A DNA stretch of 63,762 nt, filler included, from Chiloscyllium plagiosum (lineage: Eukaryota), in NCBI RefSeq assembly GCF_004010195.1. It is 4 parts of one record of this genome, joined end to end, with 100 filler letters (N's around TTAATTAATTAA, not from the genome) between each part and the next. Parts side by side here need not be neighbours in the genome. Positions count along the whole stretch, not along the records: positions 1 to 24,925 come from NC_057712.1; positions 25,026 to 38,454 come from NC_057712.1; 2 more parts are not named here. One strand, given 5' to 3'. The translations under genes and the position numbers were made by a program. Positions 13,672 through 26,818 of this stretch are shown here, one piece after another; the first letter of the stretch is position 1; the number at the start of each line of letters is the position of its first letter. The notes beneath the pieces were generated by a model, which was not told the origin of the DNA, searched no databases, and saw only the letters and a list, made by a program, of their open reading frames with translations.

Positions 13672-13687
13672 CAAAACCATACAATAG
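13672..13687 (-). CDS. Candidate 16-nt microexon CTATTGTATGGTTTTG
   Basis: Strong acceptor TTTTTTCCCATACAG and consensus donor G|GTAAGT only 16 nt apart. Confidence 0.3.
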
Positions 13688-14569
13688 CTGTATGGGAAAA
13701 AAATGCCTAGAAGAATATGGCCAGGACACTACCATAATTTACCACAATTTTCATCTTCCTGCATTGTAACTGATGAAACTGCACATGTTCTTGTGGAAAG
13801 GAAAGAAAGATGCCATGACAGTTTAAAACAGTCTGTCTGTGCTGACCAGATTGAGGTCTATTAGGCAATGTACAGTGGTCTGGCTGTGCTGCTTGCTGCA
13901 CTTCTGTAACAGCTGACATGAGAAAATGATAACTGTTGATTTGCCACCATGTAAGAACTGTAATGTCATATATATAACTTATCACAGAAGGCAGTGAGGT
14001 TTTAGTGGTCACAAATGGATTAATGTACAATATAAATAAACAGAAATAAATCAACTCATCAAGGGGTCAAGTGATTTCATTAACATTAAATGTAAAGTTT
14101 GAGCAATTTAAATTTGTCTGAATCCTAGATATAGACCATTTTCATTATAATCGCTTTCATGGATTAAAAAAAAAAATCCAGGTAATTTCCTTAGTTGGGG
14201 TCTGAAGTATGGTTTTAGCACAAATATGATCTCAGTCTGAGTTTGGGGACAAGAAGTTGGATTTTACTAGTTTATCATAGATTAAATAGCCTATAACAAA
14301 AGCTCAACTCAAAAAAACACTCAAAGACTATTAAGACATCAGAGCAGAAATTAGGCCACTCAGCCCACCAAATCTGCTAAACCATTCAATCATGGTTGAT
14401 GAGTTTCTCAACCCCACTCTCTCACTTTCTCCCCGTAACCCTCCATCTTCTTAACAAACAAGAACCTATCTATTTCCGTCCTAAATATACTCAATGACCG
14501 GGCCTTCACAGCCATCTGTGGCAGTGAATTCCAGAGATTCACTACTCTCTAGCTGAAGAAATTTCTAGA

Positions 14570-15962
14570 GGGTTTTGAGAAGATTTATAGCTTGGGTTGA
14601 GATTCTGGATGTAGGCTTGCTCGTTGAGCTGAAAGGTTCATTTTCAGATGTTTCTTCACCATACTAGGTAACATAGGGTGGCACGGTGGCAGTGGTTAGC
14701 ACTGCTGCCTCACAGCGCCTGAGACCCGGGTTCAATTCCCGCCTCAGGCGACTGACTGTGTGGAGTTTGCACATTCTCCCCGTATCTGCGTGGGTTTCCT
14801 CTGGGTGCTCCGGTTTCCTCCCACAGTCACAAAGATGTGCAGGTCAGGTGAATTGGCCATGCTAAATTGCCCATAGTGTTAGGTAAGGGGTAAATGTAAG
14901 GGCATGGGTGGGTTGCGCTTCGGCGGGTCGGTGTGGACTTGTTGGGCCGAAGGGCCTGTTTCCACGCTGTAATGTAATCTAATCTAATCTAATCATCCTC
15001 AGTGAACCTTCAGGTTTGGGTTTCCTTGGGTTGGTGATGTCGTTTCCTGTGGTGACATTATTTCAATGTTCTTTTTCTCAGGGAGTGGTAAATGGAATCC
15101 AAGTCAATGTGTTTGTTGATAGAGTTGGAATGCCATGCTTCAATGGATTCTCATGCGTGTCTATGTTTGGCTTGTCCTAGGATGTATGCATTGTCTCAGT
15201 TGAAGTGTTGTCCTTCCTCATCCATATGTAAGGATACGAGTAAGAGTGGGTCATGTCTTTTTGTTGCTAGTTTTCTGCCTGTTGTCCAATATAGTGTTTG
15301 TTACATTTCTTGAAAGGTATTATGTAAATGACATTAGTTTTGCCTGTTGTCTGTATGGGGTCTTTCAAATTCATTAGCTGCTGTTTTAGTGTGTTGGTGG
15401 GTTTGTGGGCTACCATGATGCCAAGGGGTCTGAGTAGCCTTGCAGTCATCTCTGAGATATCTTTGATGTAAGGGAGATTGGCTAGGGTTTCTGGACGTGT
15501 TTTGTCTGCTTGTTTGGGTTTGTTGCTGAGAAATCAGTGGACTGTGTTCATTGGGTACCCATTCTTTTTCAATACATTGTATAAGCGATTTTCCTCTGCG
15601 CTGCACTGTGTGGTGGCTTGTTGAAATAATGTTCTAATGCAGCTTCGTTTGTGGATGTTGGGATGATTGCTTCTGTAGTTCAATATTTGGTCTGTATGTG
15701 TTGTTTTCCTGTAGATGCTGGTTTGAAGTTCCCCATTGGCTGTTCGCTGTACTGTGACAACTAGGAATGACAGTTTGTTGTTGTTTTCCTCCTCTTTAGT
15801 AAACTTTATGTCAGTAAGGGTATTATTGATGGTCTTGAAGGTTTCCTCTAATTTGTTTCGTTTAGTGATGACAAAGGTAGCGGACCCAAAGTTTGGGTTC
15901 GATGGTTGGCAAAGCTGTTTGCTCGAGTCTCGACATTACTGTCTCTGCTAAGAACCCTGATA
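14570..15962 (-). mobile_element. Penelope-like element, left arm (RT C-terminus + GIY-YIG endonuclease, pseudogenised)
   Basis: Minus strand ISGFLAETVM..LEQTALPTIEPKLWVRY; NVIYIIPFKKCNKHYIGQ (15267-15449). Confidence 0.92.
14676..14993 (+). mobile_element. HE1-type SINE inserted in the Penelope left-arm terminus
   Basis: Complete head, core and (TCTAA)n tail; absent from the equivalent position of the right arm (~16960). Confidence 0.93.
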
Positions 15963-17031
15963 TCAGATATCCCAAACTTTGGATCCGCTAAGTGGATGAC
16001 ACCTTAGTCATCACTAAGCAAAACAAATTAGTGGAAACCTTCAAGACCATCAATAATACCCTTACTGGCATAAAATGCACTAAAGAGGAGGAAAACAACA
16101 ACGAACTGCCATTCATTGACGTCACAGTAGAGCGAACAGCCAATGGGGAATTTCAAACCAGCGTTTACCGGAAAACAACACATAAGGACCAAATATTGAA
16201 CTACAGAAGCAATCATCCCAACATTCACAAACAAAGCTGCATTGAAACATTATTTCAACGAGCCACTACACAGTGCAGTGCAGAGGAAAATCACCTATAC
16301 AGTGTACTGAAAAAGAATGGGCACCCAATTAACACAGTCCACTGATTTCTCAGCAACAAACCCAAACAAGCAGACAAAACACGTCCAGAAACCCTAGCAA
16401 ATCTCCCTTACATTAAAGACATCTAGGAAATGACTGCCAGACTACTCAGACCCCTTGGCATCATGGTAGCCCACAAACTCAGCAACACATTAAAACAGCA
16501 GCTAATGAACTTGAAAGACGCTATACAGACAAGCAAAACTAATGTAATTTACAAAATACCTTTCAAGAACTGTAACAGAGACTACATTGGACAAACAGGC
16601 AGAAAACTAGCCACAGGATACATGAACATCAACTAGCCACAAAAAGACGTGACCCACTCTCACTAGTATCCTTACATATGGATGGATATGTTGACTGGGA
16701 CAACACATCCATCCTAGGACAAGCCAAACAGAGACATGCATGAGAATTCCTAGAAGCATGGCATTCCAACCGGAACTCTATCAACAAGCACATTGACTTG
16801 GATCCCATTTATCACCCCCTGAGAAAAAGAACACAAAATTATATCACCATAGGAAATAATGTTACCACAGGAAATGACATCACCAACCCAAGGAAACCCA
16901 AACATATAAACAGAAAGTGAGCCACACCACCAGTGAGCCTACATCCGGAGGCTCACTGAAAATGTTACCTAGTATGGTGACGAATTGTCAGAAAACAAAC
17001 CTTCCAGCTCAGCGAGCAAACCTACATCCTC
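15963..17031 (+). mobile_element. Penelope-like element, right arm (RT C-terminus + GIY-YIG, pseudogenised)
   Basis: PKLWIR*VDDTLVI...LPFIDVTV...TSVYRKTTH; NVIYKIPFKNCNRDYIGQTGRKLA (16430-16636). Confidence 0.93.
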
Positions 17032-20000
17032 AAGAAGTTTGTCCTTATCTCCATTCTAAAAAGTTTTCCCTTTACTCTAAGACTGTGCCCTGGGGTCCTA
17101 GTCTTTCCTACTAAAGAAACATTTTCCCACCATCCACTCTGTCTAGACCATTCATTCAGTTTTCTGTAAATTTTACTTAGATCCCTCCCCCTCTTCTAAA
17201 CTCCATCATTTATGTACCCAGAATCCTCAAATGTTCCTCAAATGTTAAGCTTTTCATTGCTGGGACCATTCTCGTGAACCTCCTGTGAACACACTCCAAG
17301 GTCAATACATCCTTCCTCAGATATGGGGCTCAAAACTGCACACAATACTCCAAATGCGGTCTGACCAGAGCTTTACAGAGCCTCAGAAGTATATCCCTAG
17401 TTTTATATTCAAGTTCTCTCAAAATAAATGCCAACACTGCATTTGACTTCCTAACTATTGACTCAATCTGTAAGTTTATCTCAAGTGAATCCTCTACTGG
17501 AACTTCCAATTACTTTCTGCACTTTAGACTTCTGAATCTTCTCCCCATTTAGAAAATAATCTATGCTTTTATTCTTCTTACCAAAGTGCATGATCTCACA
17601 TTTGCCCATGCTGTACTCCATCTGCCAATTCTTTGCCCACAGTCCTAACCTGTCCAATCTTTCTGCAGCCTTCCTGCCTCCTCAATACTACCGGTGCCTC
17701 TCCCTATATTTGTATCACCTGCAATCTTAGCCAGAATGCCCTCAGTTCTTTCATCTAGATCATCAATGTATAAAGTAATAAGTTGTGGTCCCAACACTGA
17801 GACTTGCAGAATATTACTTGTCACCAGCTGCCATCCTGAGAAAGACTCTTTTTATCCCCACTCTCTGCTTTCTGCCGGACAGCTAATTTTCTATCTGTGC
17901 TGACACCTTGCCTCTAACACCATGGACTCCTATCTTACTCTGCAGCTTCTCTGTGGCACCTTGTCAAAGGCCTTCTTGAAATCCAGGAAGATAACATCCA
18001 TTGGCTCTCCTTGGTCTAATCTGCTTGTCATCTCCTCAAAGAATGCTAGCAGACTTGTCAGTCATGACCGCCTCTCAATGAAACCATGCTGATTTTGCCC
18101 TACTTAACCATCCACTTCCAAGTATTCAGAAATCTCAACCTTCACAATGGACTCCAAAATCTTATCCACATACCGAGGTCAGGATAATCGATCTATAATT
18201 TTGCCTTACACCCCTTTTAAACAGGGGTGTCAGGTTAGCAATTTTCCAGTCCTCTGGGACCGTCCCTGACTCTAGTGAATCATGAAAGATCACCACTAAC
18301 ACCTTCAATATCTCTTCAGCTATCTGTCTTAGAGCTCTGGGGTGTAGTCCAGGTTATTTATCCACATTCAGACCATTCAGATTTTCTAGCACGTTTTCCT
18401 TGGTGATGGCCATTATATTCAGCTCTGTCCCCTCACTCTCTTGAATTTTTGGAATATTACTTGTGTCATCCACCATGAAGACTGATGCAAAGTAATTATT
18501 TAGTTTCTCAGCCATTTCATTGTCCCCCACTGTTATCTCTCCAGCACCATTTTCCAGCAGTACAATGTCTACTTTAGCCTCTCTTTTGCCCTTTATATAT
18601 CTAAATTCTTACAGTCTTCCTTTATATTACTGGCTGGCTTACCCTCATATTTAATCTTCTTCCTCTTTTTTTTCTTCTTGCCCTCTTTTTTTCTTGCCCT
18701 CCGTTGGTCGTTGTAAGCTTCTCAATTCTCTGGTTTCCCACTGTCCTTCTCCACATTATATGCTTTCTCTTTTGCTTTTATGCTATCCCCGACTTCTCTA
18801 GTCAGCCATGGATGCCTCATCCTTCCTGTACCATGCTTCATTTTCCTATGGATGAATTTTTGCTGTGTCTCCTGAATTATTCCCGGAAACACCTGCCATT
18901 GCTGTTCCACTGTCTTCCCTGTTAGGCTCCTCTTGCAGTCAATTCTCTCCAGCTCCTCCCTCATGCCTCTGTAGTTGCCTTTATTCAGCTGTAATACCGT
19001 TACATCTGATTCTATCTTCTCCCTCTCAAATTGCAGATTAAATTCAATCAGATTATGATCATTGCCTCCTCGGGGTTCCTTCACCTTAAGCTCCCTTATT
19101 GAGTCTGCGTCCATGCACAACACTAAACCCAGTATTGTCTGTTCCCTAGTAGGTTCCACCACAAGCAACTCCAAAAAGCCATTTCGTAGACATTCCACAA
19201 ACTCCTTTACTTGCAATCCACTACCAACCTGTAACTTTGCCGTTCTAACACACCCTTTCTACATCCTGATGTATATTGCACGCCAGCGCCTCACCACTGT
19301 TTGGAGGCCTGTATATAACTCCAACTATGATTTTTTTCAATCTTTGCGGTTCCTCAATTCTACACCATCTGACCCTACTTCATTTCTTAATACTTATTTA
19401 ACTTCATTCCTTATTAATAAGGCCACCCAACCCCTCTGCCCATTTGCTTATCATTTCGATAGGATATATATCCTTGGATATTCAGCTCCTGATCCTGATT
19501 CCCTTGCAGCTACATCTCTGTGGTGCCCGCCATTTCATACCTGCCAATTTCAATATGCGCCACAAGCTCATTTATCTTATTCCTTAAGATTCATTTAGAT
19601 ATAACATATTCAGATATAGCACCTTCAGTCCTGTATTAACTCTCTCTTTTGTTTGTCCAGTGTGCTTGAAGTTTGATTGCTAACCCTTTCCAAACACTCT
19701 ATCCTATTTGTGCCTGTGCTGGAGACTTTAATAACTTCTCCTGATTTCTGCTTCTGTCATTTTGTTCTTATTTTTCCACACATTTGAATTCAGCCCTATA
19801 GATGTTAACCTGATGCTTTGTTTCCCACTGGGCGAAGTTCTATCCTTCCCTTCCCCCACTTTCTAATTTAAAGTCCAGTTGACCAGCCTATTTACCCTTT
19901 TCGCAAGAACATTGGTCCCAGCTCGGTTCCAGGGGAGACCGTCCCAGTAGTAAAAATCCCTCTTGTTCCAATACTGATGCCAGTGACTCATGAAAAGGAA

Positions 20001-21759
20001 CCCTTCTTTCGCACACCACTCTTTTAACCACATGTTTACTTCCCTAATTCTTGTCCCTATTCCAATGTGTACGTAGATCAGGCAGTAATCTGGAGATTTT
20101 AACTCGAGAACCTGTTCTTTAATTTGGTTCCTAGCTCCTGACAATTCCTGAACAGGTTCTCTTTCCTCGTCTTGACTATGTTGTTTGATCCGGCATGAAC
20201 CACAACAACTGGATCCGTCCCCTCCCTCTCCAATATCCTTTCAAATTGATCAGAGATATCCCTTACCCTAACATCGGGCAGGCAACACACCATGTGGGAC
20301 TCTTGATCCTGTTAACAAATGGCACTATCTATTCCCCTAATTATAGAATCCTCTACAACTACCATTTATCTTTTAGTTCCCCAACCTTGAGTGGCCTCCT
20401 TTACCATGGTGTAGTGGTCAGTTGGCTCAATCACATAGGGAGCAAGTACCTCGTACCTGTTGGACCAGCTCAAGAGCTGAGGCTCCTCTGTTCCTGACAG
20501 CAGGACCCCATGAGGTGTCAACTATTGAGTGGATAGATGAAGATCTACTTTTCTATTTTATTGCAATTTAGGAACATAGAATAATGGTAGCAATTATTTT
20601 TGGGACTTTCTAATTTCAAATAAGCAAGTAGCATTTTTTCTATAATGTTGATGCATGTTGATAATCAAAATATCCTCAAAGCTCAGAATTTAAGTATGGA
20701 AAGAATGGCTCAGCCTCCCTTTGAAACTCTCACATTAGTGAAAATGGCTGCTTTAGGCTGCAATCCGGAGATTGCTGTCCATAACAGACATTTGGAACAA
20801 AACTTACTTGAATCCTATCCTTCTCAGAACCACATAAATCACTCGTGAGAGTTGTGGACAACTATCTAATTGAGTCTTCATATTAGGAAAGGTAGACAAA
20901 TTCTTTTTGGAATTTAACACAAATCAAGTTCTAGACATCAGAAATGGGACAGCCTATGATGGAAGCATTGTTGCATGATTTCATGTATAAAAATTGCAAC
21001 TTGGTGAATAACTTCAATTACGTTGTTGTGAATTAATTAACTTGTGCCTCAATTTTGTTGGAGACCACTTATCGCACCATATAAGGCTACTTACTTGAGA
21101 AGACAAGTTGTAGGCTGAAAGCATTTACAAAATCATGTAAATCATCAGGGCAGTTTAAATGATTCCACTTTCAAAATATTTTTGCAAGTTAGTTTTTATC
21201 TGCCATTGGACTTATGTTGGCAGCTTTTTCCCCACTTAAACTTTGTTTGCTCTTTGGTAGCTTTATACTTAGCAATATTTGACTTAAATCAGAACTGTTC
21301 AGTGGAAAGGCATTTATTGATTTTTATGAAAACATTATTGGATTCAAATAACAGACAATTAGTATATGTGGCAACTATAAACACAACATATATTTTGAAA
21401 ATCTTCTTCCCTGTTTATTTGGGCACAATTTACATCTAAAACTTCACATTTTACAGATAAGAATGACAAATAATTTTCATTTGGTCTTGTGACATTTTTA
21501 TGCCCAGTAGTTCAATGGGAAACAAAACATCCTATTATTATAACAGCATTATTCAAAGTAAGAACTTCTGCTGCTAAAGAACCGAAAATGGGAAAATGAA
21601 AGTTTGATAGCATTTATCCATATATATATATATATACCATATTTTTGGCATTTTTATCATCCATATGGGATTTGAAAACACTTCACTTCAAGGAAATGGC
21701 CCAGCTTGATCCTATACAAAATTAACAAAGCCAGAATATATGTCTGCATTGAGAAAAGC

Positions 21760-22945
21760 AGAACAAAATAAGAAGCCAATGGTGGCACATCAAAAATGCA
21801 AGATTGGTAATACAAGTGAAGGCCAAATTAAGTAGTTCAAAGGGGAACAAAGAAAAAAAATCAAAGAGACCAAGACAGAAAGAATGAGAAAAGATTGGAA
21901 GCTAACAAAAACCAAAATGTAGAAGACTTCCATACGCATAGAAATAGTAAGGAAAGCTGGGGACTGCCAGGGATTAAAAGAGGATTTAAACATGACAAAG
22001 AGAGCATGGCTGATGCACTAAATGTGCAATGTGCATCTGTCTTCACCAAGGAAGAAGATGCTGACTAAATCTTAGTGAAAAAATAAGTGAGATTTAGATA
22101 GCTTCAAAACTTAAAAAACAGTAGGCATCAGAGGCTGGCTGCACTAAAAACTGATCGGTCACCAAGGAAAGACAAGATACATCATAGGATGCTGAAGAAA
22201 AGAGGAGAAGAAATTGCTGAGATTCTGGCATCAAACCAGTCTAATCACCCACTGATCTTAAGATAAAGATGTGATGCCAGATGCCTGGAGGAATGTTCAA
22301 ACAAGGATGTAAGGGTAAATTCAGCAACTACAGGCCAATCTGTTTAACTTTAGTGGTGGGAAATACTTCAGCAAAAAAAATGTACTTATTCAAGTAATTG
22401 TTAAATTTGGGAACACCAACATGAATATAAGGACAAAGCGTACTAACCAGATTGATACAGCTTTTGGACGAGTCATAGAGGTTGGAAATGTAGTTGATAT
22501 TGTTCATTTGGACAAAAGGATTTGCTAAACACTGCAAAACATAGGAAGGAAATGAAAGCATTAGAGAGGATTCAGAGGGAGTTTATAAGAATGGTTCCAG
22601 GGAAGATAGAGTTCAGTTATGTGATCCTGTAGTCATTCTTCTTTGAGAAGGCTGAGCGGACATTTGATAGAGGTATTCAAAATTCTGAATGTGCACACTG
22701 ACTAAACAGAGAAAAACTGTTGCTGGTGGCAGAAAGGTTAATGCTCAAAGGATGTAGACTTGACGTCATTGCCAAAAAGCAATCAGCAAAATAAGGATGA
22801 ACTTTTTGATGTAGTAACAGGTTAGCATTTGAAATGCATGGCCTGAGAGTGATGGAAGCAGAAACAATTAAATAATTTAAAAAGCAAATGTAAACAAATC
22901 ATGGCTACAGGCAAAGAATGTGGTAATAGGACTGGCTGAACTGCT
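21760..22945 (+). mobile_element. Highly degraded CR1 LINE ORF2/3' end
   Basis: Remnants of CAACTACAGGCCAATCTGTTTAAC (NYRPI.LT), IQREFIRMVPG, DLIEVFK-like segment. Confidence 0.7.
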
Positions 22946-22947
22946 TT

Positions 22948-24404
22948 TAGAACATAGAACATAGAATATTACAGCGCAGTACAGGCCCTTTGGCCCTCGA
23001 TGTTGCGCCGACCTGTGGAACCAATCTGAAGCCCACCTATCCTACACAATTCCATTCTTGTCCATATGCCTATCCAATGACCATTTAAATGCCCTTAAAG
23101 TTGGCAAGTCTACGACTGTTGAAGGCAGTGTGTTCCATGCACATACTACTCTCTGAGTGAAGAAGCTACCTCTGACAGCTGACCTATATCTATCACCCCT
23201 CAATTTAAAGCTCTGTCCCCTCGTGCTAGCCATCACCATCACTGTCCAATCAATCTAACCCTCTGATTATCTTGTATGTGTCACTTAAGTTGCCTCTCGA
23301 CCTTCTCTCTCACGAAAACAGCCTCAAGTACCTCAGCCTTTCCTCATAACACCTTCCCTCCATACCAGGCAACATCCTAGTAAAGCTCCTCTGAACCCTT
23401 TCCAAAGCTTCCACATTCTTCCTATAATATGGTGACCAGAACTGTACGCAATACTCCAAATGTGGTCGTACAGCTGCAGTATGATCTCATGGTTCCAAAA
23501 CTCAATCCCTCTATCAATAAAAGCTACCACCCTGTATGCCTTCTTAACAACCCTATCAACCTGGGTAGCAACTTTCAAGGATCTATGTACCTGGACACTC
23601 AGATCTCTCTACTCTCCTACACTACCAACAATCTTACCATTAGCCCAGTAGTCTGAATTCCTGTTACTCCTTCCAAAGTGAATCACCTCACACTTTATGC
23701 ATTAAACTCCATTTGCCACCTCTCAGCCCAGCTCTGCAGCTGATCTATATCTCTCTGTAATCTACAACATTCTTTGTCACATTGGCCACTCTACCAACCT
23801 TAGTGTCATCCACAAATTTACCAACCCATCCTCCTATACCCTCATCCAAGTCATTTATATAAATGACAAACAACAGTGGATCCAAAACAGATCCTTGCAG
23901 TACCCCACTAGTAACTGAACTCGAGGATGAATATTTCTGATTAGCCACCAGCCTCTTGTCTTCTCACAGCTAGCCAATTTCTGATCCAAACTGCTAACTC
24001 ACCCTCAATCCCATGTATTTTGTGCAATATCCTACTGTGGGAAACATATCAAACGCTTTACTGAAATCCATATACACCACATCAACCGCTTTACTCTCAT
24101 CCACCAGTTTGGTCACCTTCTCAAAGAACTCAATAAGGTTTGTGAGGATGACCTACCCTTCACAAAACCATGTTGACTATTCCTAATCAACATATTCCTC
24201 TCTAGATGATGATAAATCCTATCTCTTATAACCCTTTCAAACACTTTAACCACAACCGAAGTAAGGTTCACAGGTCTCTAATTTCCAGAGTTGTCTCTAC
24301 TCCCCTTCTTGAACAAGAGAACAACATTTGCTATCCTCTAGTTTTCTGGCACTATTCCTGTAGACAATGACGACATTAAGATCAAAGCCAAAGGCTGAGC
24401 AATC
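22948..24404 (-). mobile_element. CR1 LINE RT + 3' UTR
   Basis: SGVLQGSVLDPLLFVIYINDLD...KFVDDTK (23745-23948); (TTCTATG)n tail at ~22950. Confidence 0.93.
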
Positions 24405-24482
24405 TTGAGGACTTGGAGGTGCTGGTGTTGGACTGGGGTGAACAAAGTTAAAAATCTCACAACACGAGGTTATAGTTCAACA

Positions 24483-24925
24483 GACCGTTTGGTTTTAAAA
24501 GTACTTACCGGTAGCGGGCAGCGGTGTTTTTTTTTCTCTTTCACTCTCTCTTCACAGAAAGAGCGGGAGCACCAGGGGGAAGTGACGACGACCAGAGGGG
24601 CAGCCGGGAAGGAAAGCGGTGAGTATTTATACTCACCCTTCGAAGCCGTCGGTCATTTCCAGTGCGAGCAACAGCGAAGGTAAGACCGTTTGGTTTTAAA
24701 AGTACTCACCGGTAGCGGGCAGCAGTGTGTTTTTTTCTCTTTCACTCTCTCATCACAGAAAGAGCGGGAGCACCAGGGGGAAGTGACGACGACCAGAGGG
24801 GCAGCCGGGAAGGAAAGCGGTGAGTATTTATACTCACCCTTCGAAGCCGTCGGTCATTTCCAGTGCGAGCAACAGCGAAGGTAAGACCGTTTGGTTTAAA
24901 AAGTACTTACCGGTAGCGGGCAGAG
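24483..24925. repeat. 201-bp tandem repeat (two full units plus start of a third, running into a gap)
   Basis: GACCGTTTGGTTT starts at 24483, 24684, 24885; units nearly identical. Confidence 0.97.
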
Positions 24926-25025
24926 NNNNNNNNNNNNNNNNNNNNNNNNNNNNNNNNNNNNNNNNNNNNTTAATTAATTAANNNNNNNNNNNNNNNNNNN
25001 NNNNNNNNNNNNNNNNNNNNNNNNN
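24926..25025. other. Assembly gap with TTAATTAATTAA spacer
   Basis: N run with central TTAATTAATTAA; same spacer at 38455-38554 and 59172-59271. Confidence 0.98.
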
Positions 25026-25685
25026 GTCCAACAGATCCATGTCAGATGCCATACCACTTGCCCTTCACTCCTCCCTAGAACATCTTGACACCCAGAACAT
25101 CTATGTAAGAATCTTACTCATTGACTACAGTTCAGCCTTCCACACTATTATCCCCTCGAGACTGATTACTAAACTTAGTGATCTTGGACTCAGCCCCACT
25201 CTCTGCAATTGGATCCTCACTTTCCTGACTCACAGGCCACAATCAGTGAAGATTTGGGACAATATTTCATCCTCACTAACACTCAACACTGGAGCCCCCC
25301 CAGGGTGTGTACTCAGCCCCCTACTGTACTCACTGTATACCATGACTGCATCACCAAATACCAGACTAATGCCATTTACAAGTTCGCTGATGACACCACC
25401 ATAGTCGGTCGAATCTCAGCTGGCGACAAAACAGACTACAGAGAGGAAGTGGAAGACCTGGAAAAATCGTGCACTGAGAACAACCTAGCTCTCAATGCTG
25501 GCAAAACCAAGGAACTCATGATTGATTTTGGCGGGATGTTACTCATGCCCCCCCTACACATTAACACCACAGAGGTGGAACGAGTGGAGAGAGTCAAGCT
25601 GCTGGGAGTGGTCATCCACAAAAAGCATTCTTGGACTCTTCATGTGGACACACCAGTTACAAAGGCCCAACAACGTCTCTTCTTA
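25026..25685 (+). mobile_element. Rex1/Babar-type non-LTR retrotransposon RT fragment (frameshifted)
   Basis: [18 protein letters not shown]...[15 protein letters not shown]...[17 protein letters not shown] / [12 protein letters not shown]...LNAGKTKELMIDF. Confidence 0.88.
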
Positions 25686-26029
25686 ATTACAAGAAAAGTC
25701 CAGTCAACTGTAATATGGTGACATGATTGACAATAGGCTAATCCAATGGCATTCCTCGGAAAAGAAATCTTTTTTACGTAATTCATCATGCTATGGTAGC
25801 AGTTCAAGGTTAGTTCGAATGGTCTATTAATATGTCAGTGTTCATTTTATGAAAACTCTATTGTCCTCTTGTTTTTGAATTTCAGCTTAATTCTGCAAAT
25901 CAGCAGTACAGGTTCACAGGGTTCAGTCACTATTCTCAGCCATTTTATAGTATTCTTTTAAATTGAAACACTATTTTGTGGTTAATAAAAATCTACATAT
26001 ACTTGTTGCCTAAATTCAAATTTTAAATC

Positions 26030-26400
26030 CTCAGATTGAGGGGGGACCTGATTGAAGTCTACAAAATCATGAAGGGTATAGACAGGGTAGATAGAGATAA
26101 GCTTTTTCCCAGGTGAGGGATTCAATAACAAGAGGTCATGCGTTCGAGGTGAGACGTTTAAGGAGGATATACGCGGCAATACATTACGCAGAGTGTGGTA
26201 GGTGCCTGGAACGCAGAGGTAGTAGAGGCAGGCATGGTAGATCAATTTATGGTGCATATGGACAGATGCATGAGTATTGGGGAGCAGAGGGATTCAGATG
26301 TTTAGGAAATGGGCGATAGGTTTAGACAATGGATTTGGATCACCTCAGGTTTGGAGGGCCGAAGGGCCTGTTCCTGGGCTGTAAGTTTTCTTTGTTCTTT
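26030..26400 (+). mobile_element. CR1 LINE 3' end
   Basis: LRGDLIEVYKIMKGIDRV...TRGH; GGGCCGAAGGGCCTGTTCC tail. Confidence 0.88.
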
Positions 26401-26404
26401 ATGA

Positions 26405-26818
26405 GATATGGGTGCTGCAGCCTGAGCAACCTGTAGTCCCTAATTGCACTTGAATCATTGCAGCCCATGTGCTGTTGTTAAATCCACAATGTTCTGTGGG
26501 AGGGAATTCCAGGACTTTAACCAAGTGACAGTGAAGGGAAGGTTATCCCATTTCCAAGACAAAACGCTGCGTGAATGGGAAAGGAACTTGCAGTTGGTGG
26601 TGTTCCCATGTATGTGCTGTCCTTCAAGATGGATGTGGCCATGGTTTTGCAATGTGCTCCCGAAAGAACTTTGCTGAATTTCTGTAGCACGTCCTGTAGA
26701 TAATATACATTACTGCCACTGAGCGTTACTGGTGGATGGAACAAATGTTTATGGGATGTGATTCCAAGCAAGAGGCTCCTTTGCCCTGGAGATTATGAAG
26801 CTTCTTGAGTGCTGTGGA
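26405..26818 (-). mobile_element. Non-LTR retrotransposon 3' end (CR1/L2/Jockey group)
   Basis: Minus strand ...KSWNSLPQNIV...GLQ C-terminal motif; related to the end of the 32590-34030 element. Confidence 0.65.

Larger units (their letters stand above)
14330..20500 (-). mobile_element. Long decayed CR1 LINE (ORF1 SGNH-esterase, ORF2 endonuclease-RT, 3' UTR), interrupted by a Penelope element at 14570-17031
   Basis: ORF1 VCCLPDVRVRDIS...PVVVVHAGSNN (20099-20293), VNMWLKEWCAKEGFLF...DGLPWNRAG (19863-20144); ORF2 FLELLVVEPTREQTILGLVL...GGNDHNLIEF (18722-19216); RT region 17100-18500; tail at ~14330. Confidence 0.92.

Noticed and set aside
14676..14750. tRNA genes
   Set aside because: A/B-box heads belong to SINEs and continue into SINE core and LINE-derived tails.
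24483..24925. CRISPR-like array
   Set aside because: Whole 201-bp units repeat with no unique spacers; vertebrate context.
24970..24981. TTAATTAATTAA motif repeated in three gaps
   Set aside because: Artificial six-frame-stop spacer inside N runs.
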